From the IMG/VR virus record IMGVR_UViG_3300032093_000023: a DNA stretch of 64,000 nucleotides, one strand, 5' to 3'. The translations under genes and the position numbers were made by a program. The stretch's first letter is position 1; each line of letters begins with the position of its first letter. The stretch is from an uncultured virus (IMG/VR IMGVR_UViG_3300032093_000023) (Duplodnaviria; Heunggongvirae; Uroviricota; Caudoviricetes). Positions 58,390 to 64,000 of this stretch are shown piece by piece. The notes under the pieces were generated by a model. The model saw only the letters and a list, made by a program, of their open reading frames with translations, had not been told where the DNA came from and did not search any database.

Positions 58390-58548
58390 CTATTTGTTTT
58401 TAATATAAGAGTTTATAATGTTATTTGATTTTGCTAATGCCATACGAGCATCTGAAAATAAACCATTTGGAGCTTTTAACAACTCTTCGTTTGCTAATTT
58501 TATAGCCTTTTTAATCTCATTAAGGTCGGCTAAAGTTACTTTATACAT
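58390..58548 (-). CDS. 52-aa hypothetical early protein
   Basis: Hand-translated MYKVTLADLNEIKKAIKLANEELLKAPNGLFSDARMALAKSNNIINSYIKNK; follows a promoter. Confidence 0.6.
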   Translation of the reverse strand: MYKVTLADLNEIKKAIKLANEELLKAPNGLFSDARMALAKSNNIINSYIKNK

Positions 58549-58570
58549 ACTATTTGTTTTTAAATTTATT

Positions 58571-58600
58571 CAAATTTAAGTATATTTAATGAATATACAA
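58571..58600 (-). promoter_or_regulatory. Bacteroidota sigma70-type promoter, repeated copy 2
   Basis: TTG-N19-TAAATTTG. Confidence 0.75.
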
Positions 58601-58650
58601 CTATATATCTTTAAATAAGTTTTAAGTTATTGAATATTAGTTTGTTTAAT

Positions 58651-58833
58651 TTAATATTTGACTGCTAAAGATACTGAATATTCATAACTTAAACTATCAA
58701 TTTTATTAGATAATTTAACTCTGTCACAAACTTTCATTCTTTTCATGCAATCTTCATTGTTCCAATTTTCTAAATTATGAAACAATTGTTCTTCTAATTT
58801 TTTAATTTCAATTAAGTTGTCTGCTATTTTCAT
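58651..58833 (-). CDS. Hypothetical protein
   Basis: 60-aa ORF from the track. Confidence 0.5.
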   Translation of the reverse strand: MKIADNLIEIKKLEEQLFHNLENWNNEDCMKRMKVCDRVKLSNKIDSLSYEYSVSLAVKY

Positions 58834-58855
58834 AATTTTATGTTGTTATTTATTT

Positions 58856-59119
58856 TTAAATTGATTTTTTTAAAATGTATTTACAATAATTGCTATAAGT
58901 GTTAAATTTTTTTCTTTTTATAGAATTAATATAACAAATTTTAATTCTATAAGTATAATTTTTGAATTTATTAGTATAGTCAAGTCCAAGTTTTTTACAA
59001 CTTGGTATTAATATATTCGTACTCCATTCTATTTTTAGATAAATGTTAAAAAAAGAAAGTGCATTAAAAATATAATGAATTAATTTATACTTTTTAAATA
59101 TGTTGTTGGTTTTATACAT
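58856..59119 (-). CDS. Hypothetical protein
   Basis: 87-aa ORF, very AT-rich. Confidence 0.4.
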   Translation of the reverse strand: MYKTNNIFKKYKLIHYIFNALSFFNIYLKIEWSTNILIPSCKKLGLDYTNKFKNYTYRIKICYINSIKRKKFNTYSNYCKYILKKSI

Positions 59120-59219
59120 AATTATACTGTTTTTAGTTTACCAAATTTTTCTACTTTACTCGCCCAAAATTGGTTAAAATCACTACTTACATCTACTTCG
59201 TGTATTTCCGTTTTATTTT

Positions 59220-59441
59220 TTATTGGTTATTAGTTAAATTATCAAAAAAGAATCTAAAATTATCTGCAACTAATTTTATTTGAGTTAATTCTGCTGTCGT
59301 ATAATTGTTTTGTTTAAATTCAATATACTGACTTGCATATATTGAAGCAACCCAAATGTCATCATTCTTATCTCTGCAAATAATACAATCTGGAGCTTCG
59401 CTATTAGCATACTTAGGAGATAAATAAATTAAGGTTCTCAT
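59220..59441 (-). CDS. Hypothetical protein
   Basis: 73-aa ORF with an A-rich leader. Confidence 0.55.
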   Translation of the reverse strand: MRTLIYLSPKYANSEAPDCIICRDKNDDIWVASIYASQYIEFKQNNYTTAELTQIKLVADNFRFFFDNLTNNQ

Positions 59442-59591
59442 AATTAGTGTTTTTTAGTTAATATTAAAATTTGTTTGTAAAACTTTTGTTTATCAGAGTT
59501 TGTTCTTTTTAATAGGCTAAACATATAATAATCTTGAATAAGATTTTTTACGAATATTTTTTGAGTTGCTGTCATGTTTACTAATTTTTAT

Positions 59592-59621
59592 CAAAGTTAA
59601 GGATATTTAACGAATATACAA
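59592..59621 (-). promoter_or_regulatory. Bacteroidota sigma70-type promoter, repeated copy 3
   Basis: TTG-N19-TAACTTTG. Confidence 0.75.
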
Positions 59622-59679
59622 CTTAATGTATAAAAATAAATGCAACTGACTGATTATCAATTGTATTTATTTTAATTAA

Positions 59680-60753
59680 CTACATTTCATCGTGAATAAA
59701 ATACACCTTGTAAAAGCCCATAGCCTTGTCATCATCATAGCCTTTCTCAACTAAATCGTGCCTACCATGAATATACAAGTGAAAGTTTTTATCTAATTTA
59801 ATAACACTTTTAGCATACTTATTTTTTTCTTTTACGGCTGTTTTAGATATATCGAAAGTATCCTCAGATTTAATATCGTGAATTTGATTATACTTTTCTT
59901 TGTGCGACTTAAAAGCTTCGATTACATCATCCTGCCCTTGTAAAACATGATTATTAAAATCATTTTCATCAAAGACATCATTATCTTTAAAATAATTAAC
60001 AGATTTATTAAGCACAGATAATTGGTCTTTTTTATCTACATTATTTTCATTAGTCAAAACCTCTTCGCAAAATGATACACATTGGTTTAATGCGTGGCTT
60101 GTGTGGTAATAGGCATTGTGTTTCAATTTAACTCCTAAAAAATCTTCTGTCCAATAAAATGAAGCCTCAGCTATTTTAGCAGATTTATCAATAATTGAAA
60201 TTTTATATCCGTTTTCAGAATCAGTATTAAATATTAAAACACCTCTATCTAATTTATCTAAACCACATCCTGAATCAGTTATAATACGGCTTTCGTTTTC
60301 ATTGCTTGAATTTTGACTTGGCACAATATCTAATTTAATAAACGTGTCTACTGTTTCAGACTTAAATATACCTACAGCATCACAAATTACGCCATCTACC
60401 ATAACCTCTTTTAAATAAGCAAAATACAACTCACCGCCTTTAATTTTTGGGTGCAAAGTTTGGTTGTAAAGTAATTCAGCTATTTTTTGAGAGCTTTCTA
60501 AAAATGTAGTTTTGTACTTAAATATACTTTCAATATAGTTTTTTACGCCATAAATATTTACTTCACTTGGCTTAAATTGATAATAAATATCATTTTTAAA
60601 ACCATTGGTTAAATACTGTACCATTGTGTTTTTAGTAAAGTCATCTTTAAATTCAAACTCTTTGTCTGTTTTTAAGATTGCTTCTCCTAATCCTTTGTTT
60701 CCTACATAATGTGCTGCAAAATTTGTTAATTGCATCCTTGTTAACTCTATCAT
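59680..60753 (-). CDS. Nucleoid-associated protein (YejK/NdpA, NA37 family, Bacteroidota type)
   Basis: HYVGNK, HPKIKGGELYF, VGIFKSE, YWTEDFL and KSVIKLDKNFHLYIHG. Confidence 0.85.
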   Translation of the reverse strand: MIELTRMQLTNFAAHYVGNKGLGEAILKTDKEFEFKDDFTKNTMVQYLTNGFKNDIYYQFKPSEVNIYGVKNYIESIFKYKTTFLESSQKIAELLYNQTLHPKIKGGELYFAYLKEVMVDGVICDAVGIFKSETVDTFIKLDIVPSQNSSNENESRIITDSGCGLDKLDRGVLIFNTDSENGYKISIIDKSAKIAEASFYWTEDFLGVKLKHNAYYHTSHALNQCVSFCEEVLTNENNVDKKDQLSVLNKSVNYFKDNDVFDENDFNNHVLQGQDDVIEAFKSHKEKYNQIHDIKSEDTFDISKTAVKEKNKYAKSVIKLDKNFHLYIHGRHDLVEKGYDDDKAMGFYKVYFIHDEM

Positions 60754-60754
60754 A

Positions 60755-61048
60755 CTATTTTTTATTTTTAGGTTTTATATTTTTTATTTCGCCAGTTTCT
60801 TTTGATTTTAACTTTATATTTAACAAATCATTTTTACCATCATCAACCCAAATAAATTTAGTTTTAGCGATTTCAGAATTTAATTTGTTTTTATACTCTG
60901 GGTGATTTTCTTTGATTTTAACAAAAGTGTGATTTACATGGTTAAGCCATAATAAAAAATCAATGCCTAAACGTTGTTCATTTTCAGGAGTAACAATATT
61001 AACTAATTGCTCAATTGTTTCAATTTCGTATTCTTTAGGTTTTTTCAT
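60755..61048 (-). CDS. Hypothetical phage protein
   Basis: 97-aa ORF containing FIWVDDG. Confidence 0.6.
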   Translation of the reverse strand: MKKPKEYEIETIEQLVNIVTPENEQRLGIDFLLWLNHVNHTFVKIKENHPEYKNKLNSEIAKTKFIWVDDGKNDLLNIKLKSKETGEIKNIKPKNKK

Positions 61049-61071
61049 ACTATTTTGTTTTTATTTATTGT

Positions 61072-61260
61072 TTATATTTTTCTTATTATTTGATTTTCAT
61101 CTATTTCTTCAATCTCACTTTCAGATACTTTCCAATCTTCGTTTAAAATAATCCAATGCGAATGTTTTTTACCGTACAATATAAAAATTATGTATTTTCC
61201 AATAGTCCATTCTCCATCATATTTTACGTGGTAAAAACCTTCTTGTCTGTTTTTCTGCAT
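61072..61260 (-). CDS. Hypothetical protein
   Basis: 62 aa, GFYHVKYDGEWTIG. Confidence 0.55.
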   Translation of the reverse strand: MQKNRQEGFYHVKYDGEWTIGKYIIFILYGKKHSHWIILNEDWKVSESEIEEIDENQIIRKI

Positions 61261-61272
61261 AACATCCGTTTT

Positions 61273-61458
61273 TTAAAGTGTATAAACAACTACTAAACAA
61301 TCTTTTTTTAATGGACATTTATCAGGAACAGTATTATTTTTAATGTTATCTTGGCTTATAATCATATTGCTATAATCATTTATATTCTTAAAAATTGGGT
61401 GATAACATTCAATTCCATCCATAGTTTTTTTTAAAAAACGGATAATTATTACAACCAT
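61273..61458 (-). CDS. Hypothetical Cys-containing protein
   Basis: CYHP...PDKCPLKK; start position uncertain. Confidence 0.45.
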   Translation of the reverse strand: MVVIIIRFLKKTMDGIECYHPIFKNINDYSNMIISQDNIKNNTVPDKCPLKKDCLVVVYTL

Positions 61459-61482
61459 TTATTTTAATTTCCTGCTCCATAC

Positions 61483-61728
61483 CTAAAATATAAATAGTTT
61501 TTCTACTGGTGTTTTTAGTGCCTTACCTATTCTCAAGGCTGTTGGTAAACTTACACACATTCGTTGGTTGTTTAGTATTCTACTTACAAAGCTTGGACAC
61601 ATACCGCAAATTTCAGCCAACTCTTCGGCTATAACTCCCTTTTGCTCCATATATAATTTAATATTGTTGCCGATAAGCTTATGCTTAGTTTTTCGGATTT
61701 TCTTTAGTTTTTCTTTCGTATTTTCCAT
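61483..61728 (-). CDS. XRE-family helix-turn-helix regulator
   Basis: EELAEICGMCPSFVSRILNN...TALRIGKALKTPVEKLF. ATG at 61728 follows TATATTTG (61735-61742). Confidence 0.85.
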   Translation of the reverse strand: MENTKEKLKKIRKTKHKLIGNNIKLYMEQKGVIAEELAEICGMCPSFVSRILNNQRMCVSLPTALRIGKALKTPVEKLFIF

Positions 61729-61755
61729 AATGTACAAATATACAACTTTATATGA

Positions 61756-62337
61756 TTAGTTTTCTGTTTTTTTTTCAACATTAAGAGATTCACACAAGTA
61801 AAGTCCCGTATTATCAAATCTCTTAATTTCATCAGTCTTAAAAAAGTTTTGATAAGCCTTCATTTCAATGTCTGAAAAACCAACAAATAACACTTTCTTT
61901 TCAGGAGAAACATCTAACATATCCAATTCGTTTAAATCTATGATTTTTTTATAAATATTTTCGTCACTTATAGATGTTATGTATCCTTTGATTTCAATAT
62001 CCATTTTTTCAACCATAGATTTGAATTTTTTATCCGAATCCATCAAGTCATAAACTTTACGAATACCATATAATATAGTAGCATGGTATAAATTATTAAA
62101 CTGCTGTCCAATATTTGCATAGCTTATGTTTTTAACGTATTTTCTAATAAAGTAAGATGTTACCTGTTTAAGCGTTACAATTTCTCGTCTTCTTGATTTA
62201 TTATAAAATTCACTTTCTTCTAATTCCAAGTTTTTAGCTACATAGCTTTTAATATACTTTATTGTATTTTTTTTAGATACAGTTAAATTTACTACATCTG
62301 CTTCGTATTTTTTTTTATCTTCTTTAGTTATTTTCAT
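61756..62337 (-). CDS. DnaA C-terminal (domain IV) HTH protein
   Basis: KSRRREIVTLKQVTSYF...SYANIGQQFNNLYHATILYGIRKV. ATG at 62337 follows TATATTTG (62356-62363). Confidence 0.75.
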   Translation of the reverse strand: MKITKEDKKKYEADVVNLTVSKKNTIKYIKSYVAKNLELEESEFYNKSRRREIVTLKQVTSYFIRKYVKNISYANIGQQFNNLYHATILYGIRKVYDLMDSDKKFKSMVEKMDIEIKGYITSISDENIYKKIIDLNELDMLDVSPEKKVLFVGFSDIEMKAYQNFFKTDEIKRFDNTGLYLCESLNVEKKTEN

Positions 62338-62388
62338 AGTATTTATATTATTTAACAAATATACAACTTTATATCCAATAACAAACAA

Positions 62389-63198
62389 TTAAATATTTAA
62401 TGTTTCATTATTTTCTTTTAATTCATTAAAAAACTTATGTAATATAGCTTGTTTAACCAAATTATATAAACTTCTATTTACATCTAAATTACTTATAATG
62501 TATTCATAATCATTTTGTTTCAATACTCTTTTATTTAAAGATACCCTTAAATCTTGCAAATATTTACTTTCCACATATTTAGCAATTTCATTTTTGACAT
62601 CTTTTTCGTAATTAAGTATCTTTAAATCTTTCCAAAGTAAATCGTAGTAAATTCCAGATAATGCAGGTACAGGCATTTTATCGTATTTAATAAAATCCTC
62701 ATAAGCTAATTTACAGCCATCAATAACTATCTGCCTTGTTTCTGTTGGGTCTAGTTTTCTGCTTTTAGCTAATATTAGTTCTAATTCTTTGTTATACTCT
62801 CTCATTGCTTTTTGTCTGTTTGCGTCATTAATAAATGATTTTATCCAATTACTTACAGTTGTTAAATTAATTCCAAAATAATCTCCATACTCGTTTGTAA
62901 CACCATTAAAACAAATCATTTTAAATTCGTCAACTGTTAAAAATTGATATTTAGTAACTATTAGCTGGTAAATTGTTTCAGCTATATTGGTTATTAACTC
63001 AATATCTTCTAAATCTTTCTTATTGCCGCTATTAATCATAGACTGAACAACCACATCGTAAATATATTTTATGGCTGCTCCTGTTTTTAATTCGGTAATC
63101 TTATTGCCATTTTTAGCAATTAAATACTTTTGAGAAACAATAGGTAATTGACTTATTATTTCATTTTGTTTTTGTATTGGTATTAAACTATTCTCCAT
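62389..63198 (-). CDS. Replication-associated protein (helicase loader/inhibitor-like)
   Basis: LTVDEFKMICFNGVTNEYGDYFGINLTTVSNWI; follows the initiator-like gene. Confidence 0.45.
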   Translation of the reverse strand: MENSLIPIQKQNEIISQLPIVSQKYLIAKNGNKITELKTGAAIKYIYDVVVQSMINSGNKKDLEDIELITNIAETIYQLIVTKYQFLTVDEFKMICFNGVTNEYGDYFGINLTTVSNWIKSFINDANRQKAMREYNKELELILAKSRKLDPTETRQIVIDGCKLAYEDFIKYDKMPVPALSGIYYDLLWKDLKILNYEKDVKNEIAKYVESKYLQDLRVSLNKRVLKQNDYEYIISNLDVNRSLYNLVKQAILHKFFNELKENNETLNI

Positions 63199-63814
63199 AT
63201 TTTTGATTGATTATATCGTGAGCATTATTTCTAGCGTTTACCGTTTTATTTATTACACCAACGCTATTTGTATTTTTGAGTTCTTTTTTTATCCAACTCA
63301 AACAATGCCTACTCGCATTCTGATAATTAGGATAGCTTTGTTCGTGTGCATTTTGTTCATTAAAAAACCGATTAACCAAACATACAACTTTGTTTGCATC
63401 AATTTTAAATTCCATTTGTATTAATTCAAAGAAAGTGCCACTATTTAATATATCTTGCTTATAATCAATGGCTTTTTTATAGTCCATTAACGCTAAATAT
63501 TCATGTGCTTGTACTTTATTTAATTTACTTTTATCAATATACTTTGCCCAATGATTAATAAATGTAATTGAATCTTCATTGACTACAACTAATCCTGCTT
63601 TTTCTAATTCTAAAAATAAAGACAAACTCTTTTGATTAATCACTTTTTTAGAAATATCAAATCCTTTTAGGTTAACTATTTTAGGGTCTAAATCCTCAAA
63701 ATGATAAGTAAGGCATTGAATGTATGCGATTTTAGCCTTTGAACTAATTGAATTAATGAGTGAATCTAATTTGAAAATTGAATTTATTGTGTGCAATGAT
63801 ATTAATTTTAACAT
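63188..63814 (-). CDS. Putative replication initiator
   Basis: Winged-helix-like N-terminus (LELEKAGLV...NHWAKY) and C-terminal F...HCLSWIKK. Confidence 0.45.
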   Translation of the reverse strand: MLKLISLHTINSIFKLDSLINSISSKAKIAYIQCLTYHFEDLDPKIVNLKGFDISKKVINQKSLSLFLELEKAGLVVVNEDSITFINHWAKYIDKSKLNKVQAHEYLALMDYKKAIDYKQDILNSGTFFELIQMEFKIDANKVVCLVNRFFNEQNAHEQSYPNYQNASRHCLSWIKKELKNTNSVGVINKTVNARNNAHDIINQKYGE

Positions 63815-64000
63815 TTTCTTAATAGGTATTTGTAAAATAATTCAAAAAATAAACCCCAAATTGTTTTGTAAATACAAAATACAATAGGATAATAGTACCA
63901 AAACTTCAAGCTAAAGTCAAACGTTAATGCTGATAATATTAAAAAACTAATTGTAAAGCTTTTAAATAAATGCCATCCGTCAGTTAATAATACAGGATAA
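63808..64000 (-). CDS. Membrane protein, partial (C-terminal end)
   Basis: Hand-translated ...YPVLLTDGWHLFKSFTISFLILSAL...IWGLFFELFYKYLLRKC*. Confidence 0.65.
   Translation of the reverse strand, partial: YPVLLTDGWHLFKSFTISFLILSALTFDFSLKFWYYYPIVFCIYKTIWGLFFELFYKYLLRKC

Noticed and set aside
61756..62337. Calling this gene dnaA (host chromosome origin region)
   Set aside because: Only the C-terminal HTH is present, with no AAA+ domain, and the context is viral.
945..63424. Short plus-strand ORFs in the track (e.g. 945-1214, 10117-10335, 14996-15274, 33938-34327, 51824-52396, 63203-63424) and nested minus-strand ORFs 21369-21608 and 29561-29764
   Set aside because: They lie within longer motif-bearing genes, mostly start at non-ATG codons and have shadow-ORF composition.
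1..64000. Genome-wide stop-codon reassignment (TAG to Gln), as in some Crassvirales
   Set aside because: Long ORFs are intact in the standard code and TAG ends genes just before the next start or a terminator. Only one in-frame TAG was seen.
1..64000. tRNA/rRNA genes, integrase or att sites, transposases, inteins or introns
   Set aside because: None recognisable by eye and intergenic space is minimal. Not excluded without tRNAscan/HMM searches.

Overview
AT-rich, gene-dense viral DNA, almost entirely on the minus strand. Bacteroidota-type promoters (TTG-N19/20-TAnnTTTG) and A-rich leaders without Shine-Dalgarno sites point to a Bacteroidota host. The window has two apparently incompatible halves. 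(1) About 1-26.3 kb is a Crassvirales-like late/ejection module: giant ejection proteins, a 3730-aa virion RNA polymerase (DFDFD) fused to a zincin domain, an ADP-ribosyltransferase protein, cargo proteins, muzzle, ring proteins, an IHF-like protein and a lysis cassette. It is strongly CpG-depleted by eye. (2) About 28-64 kb looks like a different virus, with no recognisable HK97 capsid, portal, terminase, tail or packaging ATPase. It encodes about 21 small membrane-anchored proteins, two paralogous beta-rich (jelly-roll-like) capsid candidates, several spike/fibre proteins, a membrane-anchored GH108 lysozyme, annexin-like and LEA_2-like proteins, and a HEXXH metalloprotease. The protease sits among about 10 proteins sharing a hydrophobic-S-[NED]-x-x-G motif that may be a maturation cleavage site. 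Polyvalent proteins and early/replication genes follow. The main hypothesis is a large, tailless, lipid-containing Bacteroidota virus with protease-processed structural proteins, joined to a crAss-like genome either naturally or by misassembly around 26-29 kb. All family assignments come from motif recognition; no database searches were run.
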